Positions 49,528-58,516 of a DNA stretch of 64,000 nucleotides are shown here, piece by piece. The position numbers and the translations under genes are program-made. The DNA comes from Candidatus Omnitrophota bacterium (GTDB lineage: Bacteria > Omnitrophota > Gorgyraeia > Pluralincolimonadales > Pluralincolimonadaceae). Numbering within the stretch: position 1 is the first letter of the stretch; the number at the start of each line of letters is the position of its first letter. Where the stretch lies: positions 14,049 to 78,048 of the forward strand of contig PLNR01000011.1 of NCBI GenBank assembly GCA_003141835.1, given 5' to 3'. The notes under the pieces were generated by a model. It had not been told where the DNA came from. It saw only the letters and a list, made by a program, of their open reading frames with translations, and ran no database searches.

Positions 49528-50559
49528 TTATTCGATCCCGCTTAAGTATTTGGCCGCGTCTTCAGGCGGGGTCGGGTTGATATAGAACCCGCTGCCCCAC
49601 TCGAAACCCGCAGTCCTGGTTAGCCTCGGCATTATCTCGAGGTGCCAGTGGAAATCGTCGTCTATCGTCCTCCAGTATCCCGCCTTAGGCATGCGGAATG
49701 GCGCGGTATGGAGGATTATGTTATACGGCGGGTCGACGAGCGCCTTCTTCAATTTCGTGAGCGAGAGCTTGAGTATCCTCGCCAGTGCCGCCCTGTCTCC
49801 GACCGGGAGGTGAGCGAAATCCGCGCTGTGTTTCTTCGGGAGGATCCACATCTCGAACGGGAACCTCGACGCGAAAGGCGCGAACGCTACAAAACCGTCC
49901 ACGTCCGCGACGATCCGCTTGCCCGTGTCCAGCTCCTGTTTTATGACATCGCAGAATATGCAGCGTTCCTTATATTCGAAATACTGGCGCGAGCCGACCA
50001 ATTCGTCCTTGAGCCGGATAGGGTTAACCGGCATCGCGATAAGCTGGGAATGGGCGTGGCGTATCCTCCCTGAACCCGCGGCGAGGCCGTAATTCTTGAA
50101 AAGGAGCGCGTATTTAAAACGCGGGTCCCTGCCGAGGTCAGTGATGCGCTCTATATATGCGGTTATCGAATCAGTGATCTGCTGCTCGGAAAGGTCAGCC
50201 ATATTATAGATATGCTGGGGAGTCTCGACGATTATCTCGTGCGCGCCGATGCCGTTGATTACGTCGTATATGCCCCTGCCGTGCCGTTCTATCTTGCCTT
50301 CCACCTTAAGGACCGGCGAGACAGATGGGACAACCCTGACCTTCCATCCCGGCGAACCGGGTTTTGTGCCGTGGTCGCGAATAGAGAAGATCTCCGGCTG
50401 AGGCGTCTGGTCTTCCTTGCCTTCGCAGAACGGGCAAGGCGGTTCGGCCATCTTCTCCTCGGATACGGAATGAGGGACGAAATCGGTGGGGCGGCGCGCC
50501 CTCTCGGTCGCGACTATCACCCACCTTCCGATTATCGGGTCTTTCCTGAATTCAGGCAT
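49528..50559 (-). CDS. GalT-like HIT-superfamily nucleotidyltransferase/phosphorylase, paralog 2
   Basis: 343 aa. CPFCEGKE, HAHSQL and HWHLEIMPR. Stretches of near-identical DNA are shared with paralog 1. Confidence 0.8.
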   Translation of the reverse strand: MPEFRKDPIIGRWVIVATERARRPTDFVPHSVSEEKMAEPPCPFCEGKEDQTPQPEIFSIRDHGTKPGSPGWKVRVVPSVSPVLKVEGKIERHGRGIYDVINGIGAHEIIVETPQHIYNMADLSEQQITDSITAYIERITDLGRDPRFKYALLFKNYGLAAGSGRIRHAHSQLIAMPVNPIRLKDELVGSRQYFEYKERCIFCDVIKQELDTGKRIVADVDGFVAFAPFASRFPFEMWILPKKHSADFAHLPVGDRAALARILKLSLTKLKKALVDPPYNIILHTAPFRMPKAGYWRTIDDDFHWHLEIMPRLTRTAGFEWGSGFYINPTPPEDAAKYLSGIE

Positions 50560-51879
50560 CTATTCGTGCTTTCCGTTTTCCATCATAAGCTTTATCAGGT
50601 CGTGCAGTGATATTACGCCCTGCACGACATTGTTCTCGTCCTGTATTACCAGGAACTCGGCGTGCGCCGCCTTCATCTTCTCCAGCGCGTCTTTAAGCGG
50701 TACGCCCGATTTCACGGCTAAAGCGGACCTCTTAAGAAAACTGTTCACCGGCATCTCAAGCCCCTTCATGACCGTGTCTGATGTGACGACGGCCTGGAGG
50801 TTCTTGAGCGAATTGACCCTGTTGCGTATATAAGTATAAAATTCAGTCGACAGAGTCCTGTTAAAACTGATGAACATCGGGAAATACGGCTTCTTATCTA
50901 TGAAATTCAGGTGGCTCTGGAGCGCGCACTGCCCGATCTGCTTGTCTATCGAAAGGAAATACCTCAAAGAGCTGTCCGGCATTATGTCATCAAGTTCTTC
51001 CGGAACCGCGGCCATGTAAGTTATCTCGAGGACTTCATCCATCGAGACGTTCAGGCCCGGCCAATTCTTCGAAATGTAATAGCCCAGGTCGTCGTCCTGG
51101 TCCTTATACAGGTGGACGTATTTTTCCAGAGTATCGATCGCGTCGGCCAGGAATATCCCGAGCGCCGTGCTCTTGTTATATACCATTCCCGCGGCAACGA
51201 GGGCCCCGTCATCCGACTGGCCCGGCCCGATCTTATGCCGTATATAAAGGTATCTTATCTTGTCAGGCGCGATCTTCTTGAGGTCGGCTTCGGCGATGAT
51301 AAGGCCCGCTCTTTTGAATGCTTCTATGGAGCCCGCATGTTCGCGGTGGGCAAGCAATTCACCGTCGAAGTTCATCTTGTCCATCACGTCTATATTTACC
51401 GGATAGCATTTGCCGTAGCCGATCGTGATCCCGTATTTTTCTTCCGCAGCGGCGCGCGGGCCCGGGTCATCCCTCAGGCCGCCGATATATATGCCCCTGA
51501 GGACGTCCTGGGCGTTCACTTCGATATCCTTGAGGTCAGGCACGCCGATGAACGGTTCACCCCTGTCATTGACAAGGCGCGTCCTCGGTTTCCCCTTGAT
51601 CGTATCCTCAACGAACCCGGAGATGTCGTCTATGAGCATCTGGCGCCTGGTCTTTACTTTGTTCGGGTCGAACTTGATCGCGCGGACGATATCGTCGATG
51701 GTCGTGTTGACGTAGAAGCTCTTCTGGAAAGCTCCCGCGCCGTTGTGGGACCTTCCTTCGAGCGACTGGATGAAAAGCAGTTCCGCTATCTCATCGGTAG
51801 TGTTTAACTCTTCAGTCTCTTTGAGATGTTGGAAATCACGTCGTATTAATTCGCTGGGCGCAACTTTATTATTTATCAT
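50560..51879 (-). CDS. uncharacterised 439-aa protein with C-terminal CBS domain
   Basis: The N-terminal ~370 aa have no motif I can assign. The C-terminus AEFLVIQDENNVVQGVISLHDLIKLM is a CBS unit. Confidence 0.4.
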   Translation of the reverse strand: MINNKVAPSELIRRDFQHLKETEELNTTDEIAELLFIQSLEGRSHNGAGAFQKSFYVNTTIDDIVRAIKFDPNKVKTRRQMLIDDISGFVEDTIKGKPRTRLVNDRGEPFIGVPDLKDIEVNAQDVLRGIYIGGLRDDPGPRAAAEEKYGITIGYGKCYPVNIDVMDKMNFDGELLAHREHAGSIEAFKRAGLIIAEADLKKIAPDKIRYLYIRHKIGPGQSDDGALVAAGMVYNKSTALGIFLADAIDTLEKYVHLYKDQDDDLGYYISKNWPGLNVSMDEVLEITYMAAVPEELDDIMPDSSLRYFLSIDKQIGQCALQSHLNFIDKKPYFPMFISFNRTLSTEFYTYIRNRVNSLKNLQAVVTSDTVMKGLEMPVNSFLKRSALAVKSGVPLKDALEKMKAAHAEFLVIQDENNVVQGVISLHDLIKLMMENGKHE

Positions 51880-51934
51880 ATAATTTTTGGGAAATACAAG
51901 AGATTATTATATCATATGAGGGCGGGAATTCAAG

Positions 51935-52870
51935 TCAATTAACGAAACTGCTACCGACTGAGACTTTGTTTCCCAGTACGTAATCCTTGGCCTTCATGCG
52001 CTTGCCACCTTCGGGCTGTAGCTCTTTTATCCTGAGGAAGCCGCTGCCGCATGCTACGGTAATGCCGCCGCTGTCGAGCGCAGCTATCTGCCCGGGCGCA
52101 ATGCCCTTCTGCGCCGGGAGGTCTGCCGGCTCTGCGGCCCATATCTTTATTGTCCGGCCGTTAAGGCGGGAGAACGCGCCTGGCCAACCGTAAAATGCCC
52201 TGACCTTGTCGCGGACTTCGGCTGCCGGCTTGTTCCAATCTATCCTTCCGTCCTCTTTCTTGAGTTTGGGGGTGAATGTAGCGCCGGATTCGTCCTGTTT
52301 CGTGAATTGCGCTTTCCCCTCGGCTATCGAATCCACGGCATTGACAAGCAGGTTGGCGCCGAGGTTCGAAAGTTTTTCAGAGAGCGTTTCGGCGTTATCC
52401 GAATCAAGGATATCGGCATCCTTTTGCATTATTATATCGCCGGCATCCATCTTCCCTGCCAGCTTAAAAACCGTGACGCCGGTCTTCACTTCACCGTTCA
52501 ATAGCGCCCGGTTTATCGGAGAGGCGCCCCTGTATTGCGGGAGCAGAGACGCGTGCAGCCCTATCGGATAAAGTCCCGGCAAAGCGAGTATATCCACCGA
52601 GAGTATCTTCCCGTACGAGACCACTACGAAGAGGTCGGCCTTATATTTTTTGAGTTCGGCCAGGGCTTGGGCGGCAGAAATATCATCTATCGAAGTGACG
52701 GGTAGCCCCAGGGAATCCGCCTTTATCTTTACCGGGGATGGCGCAGTCTTGAGGTTCCTGCCCTTCGGCTTATCCGTCTTTGTCACTACCGCCGCGATGT
52801 CGTGGAATTTGCTTAATTTAACGAGGCTTGGAACCGCGAATGCGGACGTCCCGAAAAAGACTATCGTCAT
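51935..52870 (-). CDS. fmt: methionyl-tRNA formyltransferase
   Basis: The ATG at 52870 (MTIVFFGTSAFAVPSL) is ATGA-coupled to the def stop. SLLPQYRGASPI is the formyltransferase motif. The track start at 52972 is an extension. Confidence 0.9.
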   Translation of the reverse strand: MTIVFFGTSAFAVPSLVKLSKFHDIAAVVTKTDKPKGRNLKTAPSPVKIKADSLGLPVTSIDDISAAQALAELKKYKADLFVVVSYGKILSVDILALPGLYPIGLHASLLPQYRGASPINRALLNGEVKTGVTVFKLAGKMDAGDIIMQKDADILDSDNAETLSEKLSNLGANLLVNAVDSIAEGKAQFTKQDESGATFTPKLKKEDGRIDWNKPAAEVRDKVRAFYGWPGAFSRLNGRTIKIWAAEPADLPAQKGIAPGQIAALDSGGITVACGSGFLRIKELQPEGGKRMKAKDYVLGNKVSVGSSFVN

Positions 52871-53361
52871 TTGAGCTCTTTTTTGAGTTTGCGCTTCGCC
52901 ATGAAGCGCTTGACAGGGCTGAGCCTGTCGATGAAGAGGATCCCGTCGAGATGGTCTATCTCGTGCTGGCATATCCTGGCCAGGAGGCTCCTGGCCTCAA
53001 AACAGACAGGTCTTCCTTTTATATCAAGCCCTTCTACCACTATACAGGTGCTGCGGCGCACCAGGCCGTTAATCCCGGGCAAGCTCAGGCAGCCCTCCTC
53101 TTTCTTCTCGCTCCCGCGCTTTTTAACTATGACCGGGTTTATCAGGGCATCTGCCCGCCACCCGTCGCAAGACGGGTTGAAGACGATTATCCTTTTGGAG
53201 ACCCCCACCTGCGTGGCCGCGAGCCCCACGCCTTCGGAGAGCTTCATCGTCTCGATCATGTCCCCGATAAGGCCCCTCTCGCGCTCGGTCACGGATTTGA
53301 CCGGCAGGGCTTTCTTCTTGAGCACAGGATCGGGATATTTGCGTACCTTTAAGATAGACAT
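52867..53361 (-). CDS. def: peptide deformylase
   Basis: 164 aa with all three motifs: GVGLAATQVG, EGCLSLPG and HEIDHLDG. Confidence 0.95.
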   Translation of the reverse strand: MSILKVRKYPDPVLKKKALPVKSVTERERGLIGDMIETMKLSEGVGLAATQVGVSKRIIVFNPSCDGWRADALINPVIVKKRGSEKKEEGCLSLPGINGLVRRSTCIVVEGLDIKGRPVCFEARSLLARICQHEIDHLDGILFIDRLSPVKRFMAKRKLKKELK

Positions 53362-53409
53362 GCCATTATTCTACTATAAACCCGCGGAAAAACCAAATCC
53401 AAAAAAAAG

Positions 53410-53438
53410 TTGACCTCTCAGGCCCGATGGTCTATAAT
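53410..53438 (+). promoter_or_regulatory. perfect consensus sigma70 promoter (TTGACC-17-TATAAT) for the plus-strand TPR gene
   Basis: aaaaaaaagTTGACCtctcaggcccgatggtcTATAATcagacAAAAGGAGcactaaccATG, with an upstream A-tract. Confidence 0.7.
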
Positions 53439-53460
53439 CAGACAAAAGGAGCACTAACCA

Positions 53461-54062
53461 TGGACGAAACCGGTTTAGCCAATCTCCCGAAGCAGGTAAG
53501 CGATTATTATGAAAAAGGCCTCGAGGCCGTCAAGAGAGAGAATTTCGGATATGCCATTGAACTCTTCAGCGCCGCGCTCGCCTTAAAACAGGATTTCGCG
53601 GAAGCGCGTTTCTACCTCTGGCTCTCCCTCTGGGAGCAACGGAGGCATCATCCTAATATATTTAAATTGATCACCGGAAAAATATTAGGATTTATCAGCA
53701 TGATGGGCGGGATGTCGCTCCAAAAAGCGGGCAAGACGTGGGAGGCGATATACCAGTTCGAGAAGGCTATGAAGGCGGACCCGGGAAACACCGCGGTCCT
53801 GAACGCCATCGCCGATTGTTTCCTGAGCGAAGGACAGACCTTGAACGCCATAAAGATACTGGAAGCCGTGCCGATGGTGAACAACAACGATTATAAAACG
53901 CTGAAAAAACTGGCGGGGCTTTACAGGGGAATGGAGAATTACGAGAAGGCGCGCGCTTTCTATAAGGCGGCGCTGCAGGCCAATCCAAACGATGCGGACT
54001 CCGAACATGGCATAAAAGAACTCGACGCCATAAAAACCCTCAGAGGTTCGTTCGACCAGTAA
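53461..54062 (+). CDS. TPR-repeat protein (200 aa), the only plus-strand gene in the window
   Basis: The ATG at 53461 is preceded by AAAGGAG. It has TPR-like helical repeats (AIELFSAALALKQDFAEARFYL, AIYQFEKAMKADPGN, ARAFYKAALQANPND). The track start at 53427 is a TTG inside the -35 element. Confidence 0.75.
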
Positions 54063-54065
54063 AGA

Positions 54066-56114
54066 TCACAATCCCATCGGGTCGACATCAACCGTGATGA
54101 TCAGGCCCGACTTCCCTTTCAGGTTATCCAGGGCTTTATCAATAAATCCGCAGATCGCAGCAGGGTCTTCCCCTTTAAGGAGCAGGTTCCACCTGAATTG
54201 CCCCTTTATCTTCGATATGAATTCCGGCGCCGGCCCTACCATCTCGACCGGCTGTTCCTTAGCTTCGCTAAGGACTTGCGCCGCAATAAAAAGATTGAGG
54301 ACGGCAGCGAGGTCCTTCGCGGCCTTTATCACGCGCTCTTCTTTCCTGCCCCTCAGTTTTATCTCGACAATATGCGTGAACGGGGGATAGTTCAGCTCCT
54401 TGCGGAATTTTATCTCCTCGTTGAAAAACCCGACATAATCGTGCTCAATGCTCTTTTGTATCGCGTAATGGTTGGGAGAAAATGTCTGGACGATAACCCT
54501 TCCCGGTTCCGAGCCGCGGCCTGCGCGGCCCGCGACCTGCGTAAGGAGGTTGAAAGTCCTCTCTCCCGCCCTGAAATCCGGCAGGTTGAGCGCAGTATCG
54601 GCCGAGACGACGCCGACGAGGGTCACCCTGGGGAAGTCGTGGCCCTTGGCTATCATTTGGGTCCCGATAAGGATATCTATTTTATGCTTCTTGAATTCGG
54701 TAAGTATCTGGCGGTGGGAACCCCTCTTGGATGTCGCGTCGGTATCCATCCTGGCTATGTTCGCGGCGGGAAATAGCCTTGCCACCTCGCTTTCGATCTT
54801 CTGCGTGCCGATGCCAAAATACCTGATATCCCCGCCCTTACATTTGGGGCACTTTTGAGGGGGGTCGACCTGGTAATTGCAGTAATGGCAGTTCAGTTTT
54901 TTTGTGTCGAAATGGTACGTCATCGAGACGTTGCAGTATTTGCAGGTGACCACGTAACCGCATTTCTTGCAGTTAATGAAGGTCGAAAACCCGCGCCTGT
55001 TCAGGAAGAGCATCGCCTGGCCGTGCCTGTTCAGGACCTGCGAGATCGCGTGTTCGAGGGCGCGGGAGAATATCTTCGCTTCCCTCGAGTCGATAAGCTC
55101 CTGGCGCATATCTATAATGTCTACCTTCGGCAGGGCCCTCTTCTCTATCCGCTCGGTGATCTTCAGTAATTTATATTCGCCTGACACTCCCTTCTGGAAA
55201 CTTTCTATCGACGGGGTTGCGCTGCCGAGGATGACCGCGGCGCCCGAGATCCTTGCGCGCTCTATCGCGACGTCCCTGGCGTTATACCTCGGCGCGTCAT
55301 CCTGTTTATAGGAGGTCTCATGTTCCTCATCTATGACTATCAGCCCGAGATTTTTTACAGGCGCGAATATGGCAGAACGCGCTCCCACAGCGATGTTCGC
55401 GGCCCCTTCCTTGAGCTTCTTCCATTCCAGGAACCTTTCGCTCTCAAGGAGCCTGCTGTGCAGCACCGCCACGACACCTCCGAACCTCGACTTGAAACGC
55501 TCGATCGCCTGCGGCGTAAGCGAGATCTCAGGCACAAGCACTATCGCGGACTTCCCCATCTTGAGCGCCGATTCTATCGATTGCATATAGACCTCGGTCT
55601 TTCCGCTTCCCGTGATCCCGTGCAGCAGGTAGACGTCGTTCTTGCCTTTAGATATCGATTCCCTGATGGACTTTAACGCGGCGTCCTGCTCGTGGGTGGG
55701 CTTAAAATTCTCGGTGGGCTCGTATTCCTCTTCGATCGAAGGATGGCGGGGTTTTGTCTTTATCTTCCCTTTCTTCAGCGGGCCGGGAAGCGCGGCCTCG
55801 ATCGCCTCTCCCCACGATGAGTGGTAATATCCGGCGATCCACTTCGTAAGCGCCAGGAGCTCGGCGCTGATCACCGGGCCCTCCTCGTCTATTACGGAAA
55901 GGATCTCTTTTATGCCTTCGACCTGCGGTTTGTCGACAAAACCGGTCACATAACCGACGAGCCTCCTCGGGCCGAAAGGTACCCAGACCCGCTTGCCCAT
56001 CTCTATTTTTTCTTTCAGCGAGGCTGGGATCCTGTAGTGGAACGGTTTCCTGACCGGGAGGCCGACCGCTATTTCAGCGAAAGTATCTTTATTATCTTCT
56101 TGAGGTCTATCCAT
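54066..56114 (-). CDS. priA: primosomal protein N' (replication restart helicase PriA)
   Basis: 682 aa. Walker A GITGSGKTEVY, DEEH, zinc-binding CxxC x4 (CKKCGYVVTCKYCNVSMTYH...CHYCNY...CPKCKGG), and the C-terminal helicase domain. Confidence 0.92.
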   Translation of the reverse strand: MDRPQEDNKDTFAEIAVGLPVRKPFHYRIPASLKEKIEMGKRVWVPFGPRRLVGYVTGFVDKPQVEGIKEILSVIDEEGPVISAELLALTKWIAGYYHSSWGEAIEAALPGPLKKGKIKTKPRHPSIEEEYEPTENFKPTHEQDAALKSIRESISKGKNDVYLLHGITGSGKTEVYMQSIESALKMGKSAIVLVPEISLTPQAIERFKSRFGGVVAVLHSRLLESERFLEWKKLKEGAANIAVGARSAIFAPVKNLGLIVIDEEHETSYKQDDAPRYNARDVAIERARISGAAVILGSATPSIESFQKGVSGEYKLLKITERIEKRALPKVDIIDMRQELIDSREAKIFSRALEHAISQVLNRHGQAMLFLNRRGFSTFINCKKCGYVVTCKYCNVSMTYHFDTKKLNCHYCNYQVDPPQKCPKCKGGDIRYFGIGTQKIESEVARLFPAANIARMDTDATSKRGSHRQILTEFKKHKIDILIGTQMIAKGHDFPRVTLVGVVSADTALNLPDFRAGERTFNLLTQVAGRAGRGSEPGRVIVQTFSPNHYAIQKSIEHDYVGFFNEEIKFRKELNYPPFTHIVEIKLRGRKEERVIKAAKDLAAVLNLFIAAQVLSEAKEQPVEMVGPAPEFISKIKGQFRWNLLLKGEDPAAICGFIDKALDNLKGKSGLIITVDVDPMGL

Positions 56115-56752
56115 ACTTCTTTCTTTGCGGAGGGGTTCCTTAAAAGGTAGGCGGGATGATAGGTCGGGATAAGCGTGACGCCGTTAAACTCGAACTCTTT
56201 CCCCCTGATCTTGCTTATGAAGACCTCGGTATCCAGCAGCGCCTCAGCGGCGTGTTTTCCGAGCGTACAGATGACCCTTGGCGAGATCACCTCTATCTGC
56301 CTTAGCAGGTAATCCTTGCATGCGGCGATCTCCTCAGGGAGCGGCGCCCTGTTTTCCGGAGGGCGGCATTTTATGACGTTGCAGATATAGACATCCTGCC
56401 TCTTCAGCCCCATCGCCTCTATCATCTTCGTCAGGAGCTGGCCTGCGCGGCCGACAAACGGGACGCCCTGGATATCTTCATCCCCGCCGGGCGCCTCTCC
56501 TACAAATACCAGCCTCGCCCCGGGATCGCCGTCTGAAAATACGTAATTTTTCTTTGTTTTATAAAGCGGGCAGCGGCGGCACGATAAAACCTCTTTTTTT
56601 ATCGGTTCGAGCGATGCGGCTTTATTTGGTCCGGATGCGTTACCCCTGCGACATGCAGACATTATTATATCGGAGGTACCAGCGGCTTTTTCGGCCTCTA
56701 CGTAGGATCTGAGGTCGCGGGCGATGCCGGCAAGTTCTTTCCTATTTGTCAT
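56069..56752 (-). CDS. uracil-DNA glycosylase, family 4
   Basis: 227 aa. N-terminal FeS Cys context CRRCPLY, and the motifs GEAPGGDEDIQGVPFVGRAG and HPAYLLRN. Confidence 0.85.
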   Translation of the reverse strand: MTNRKELAGIARDLRSYVEAEKAAGTSDIIMSACRRGNASGPNKAASLEPIKKEVLSCRRCPLYKTKKNYVFSDGDPGARLVFVGEAPGGDEDIQGVPFVGRAGQLLTKMIEAMGLKRQDVYICNVIKCRPPENRAPLPEEIAACKDYLLRQIEVISPRVICTLGKHAAEALLDTEVFISKIRGKEFEFNGVTLIPTYHPAYLLRNPSAKKEVWIDLKKIIKILSLK

Positions 56753-57941
56753 CGCTGATGGTCAGTTCTTTACGAGTGTTGACAGCGCTGCTGGTCAGCT
56801 CTTTACGAGTGTTGACCATTTTCTCGAGCGTCCCAAGCACAAGGAGGACTATATCGCCGGCCGATGAAGGTTTGCCCAATTGCTTTGCTTTCGCCCTCAT
56901 CGCATCGAGGGTCTCTTTCGACCTGTAAAGCCCCTCCAGCTTTTCAAGGGTCTCGCCGACCGTCTTGACGCCGACGCCCACGCCGTTCTTCTCCAGGAAC
57001 ATTAGATTGCTCTCCTCCTGCCCGGGGATATAGGTATTGACTATGACAGGCAGGCCCTTGACCATCGCCTCCGATATGCTCAGGCCGCCGGGTTTCGATA
57101 TCATCACGTCTGATGCGTCCATCAGCTCGTTCACGTTATTGACAAAACCGAAAGGCTTGATGGATATTTTTGATCTTTTAGCGATATCCTCTATTTCCTT
57201 AAGGAGCCCTTCGTTATTGCCGCACACTACGATGAGCTGGAACGGCTCTGATGTCCCCGCTATGGTCTCGACCATCTCCGGTATAGGCCCGACGCCGAGG
57301 CCGCCCCCGATTATAAGGACGGTAAACAGCCCCTCTTTCAGGCCGAGCTTCGCGGCCGCTTCGCCGCGCTCAAGCTTCTTCGTGAATTTCTCCTGGACCG
57401 GTATGCCGAGTACCCTTATCCTGTCGGCTTGTATGCCTTTGCTTATAAGCTCGTTCTTGGTATATTCGGCCGCCGCGACGTATATATCCACCTGGGACGA
57501 TATCCAGAAATCATGCACTCCGTAATCGGTGACGCATGTGATGAGCTTTCCGTCATAAAGTTTCGACATTTTGAGGTTGGATATTATGTCAGTCGCCAGG
57601 AAATGCGTCGCGACGATGCAGTCCGGTCTCTCTTTCCTTATGAAGGAGTATAATTTATGCCCGTTTATGAAATTCATCATGCGCCTAACCGTCCTTATAA
57701 ACGGCCGCAGAGGTTTGAAGTCGGTAAAATAGAACGAGAACGTCCAGAGGAACGGCGCCTTTGAGACCATGAAATTATATCCCCAGATATAGGTGGACCT
57801 GAATAACCGGTTCGCGTACTCCAGGGAATCTATGACCCTGACGTCATGGCCCGTATTTGCCTTATCGAAGGCGTCCTTTATCGCCAGGGCGGCGCTCTTG
57901 TGCCCTGCCCCGGCCTGGGCATGGATGATGAATACTTTCAT
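56742..57941 (-). CDS. GT28-family (MurG / MGDG-synthase-like) glycosyltransferase
   Basis: 399 aa. MKVFIIHAQAGAGHKSAALAI is the MGDG_synth/GT28 N-domain, with a C-terminal GT-B domain. Confidence 0.65.
   Translation of the reverse strand: MKVFIIHAQAGAGHKSAALAIKDAFDKANTGHDVRVIDSLEYANRLFRSTYIWGYNFMVSKAPFLWTFSFYFTDFKPLRPFIRTVRRMMNFINGHKLYSFIRKERPDCIVATHFLATDIISNLKMSKLYDGKLITCVTDYGVHDFWISSQVDIYVAAAEYTKNELISKGIQADRIRVLGIPVQEKFTKKLERGEAAAKLGLKEGLFTVLIIGGGLGVGPIPEMVETIAGTSEPFQLIVVCGNNEGLLKEIEDIAKRSKISIKPFGFVNNVNELMDASDVMISKPGGLSISEAMVKGLPVIVNTYIPGQEESNLMFLEKNGVGVGVKTVGETLEKLEGLYRSKETLDAMRAKAKQLGKPSSAGDIVLLVLGTLEKMVNTRKELTSSAVNTRKELTISDDK
56744..56809 (-). repeat. in-frame 33-bp tandem direct repeat (2 copies, ~88% identical) at the 3' end of the GT28 gene, with a degenerate third copy forming the udg start
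   Basis: GCTGATGGTCAGTTCTTTACGAGTGTTGACAGC / GCTGCTGGTCAGCTCTTTACGAGTGTTGACCAT. At protein level, the GT28 C-terminus is ...VNTRKELTSSAVNTRKELTISDDK and Udg begins MTNRKEL. Confidence 0.7.
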
Positions 57942-58516
57942 TTATTTCTCCTGTCTTTCTTTAATATGAATTCCGCGGCCTCCAAAAGGTCCCGTTTGAT
58001 GAAATCCGGCTTCGTGGCCCATCCATTGTTTCTCCTCGACCTCACCTTTCCGGATAATACCAAAAGGGTCCTGCAGCCTATCGCCTTCCCGGCCTGGACA
58101 TCCCTTATGTTGTCGCCGACAAAAAAAGCCTCCTTGAAATCGATCGGGCCCCTCTTCAAGGCTTTCTTGAAAAGACCGGCTTTGGGTTTCCTGCAGCCGC
58201 AATTATCCCCTGTCCGGTGCGGGCAGTAATAGGCCGCGGTTATCTTCCCGCCGGCCTTTTCCGCTTCCTTCATCATGTTCGCCGTTATGCGTTTAAGGTC
58301 CCGCATCGAGAAATATTTTTTTGCGATGCCAGCCTGGTTCGAGATTATATATATCGAATACCCGGCATCGGTAAGTTTCTTTATTGCGCGTTTCGCGCCC
58401 GGCAGGAATTTGAAATCTTTCCACCTTGTCACATATTGGAATTTCAGGTTCTCGGGGTCCTTGTTTATGACCCCGTCCCTGTCGAGGAATATTACCTTAT
58501 TTTGCCTTTTGGCCAT
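57938..58516 (-). CDS. gmhB: D-glycero-beta-D-manno-heptose-1,7-bisphosphate 7-phosphatase (HAD family)
   Basis: 192 aa. FLDRDGVIN, the C-x-C...CRKP zinc motif (CPHRTGDNCGCRKP) and GDNIRD. Confidence 0.8.
   Translation of the reverse strand: MAKRQNKVIFLDRDGVINKDPENLKFQYVTRWKDFKFLPGAKRAIKKLTDAGYSIYIISNQAGIAKKYFSMRDLKRITANMMKEAEKAGGKITAAYYCPHRTGDNCGCRKPKAGLFKKALKRGPIDFKEAFFVGDNIRDVQAGKAIGCRTLLVLSGKVRSRRNNGWATKPDFIKRDLLEAAEFILKKDRRNK

Noticed and set aside
56744-56809. Possible CRISPR-like direct repeats
   Set aside because: Only two or three contiguous 33-bp copies with no spacers. They are in-frame coding sequence, and no cas genes occur anywhere in the window.
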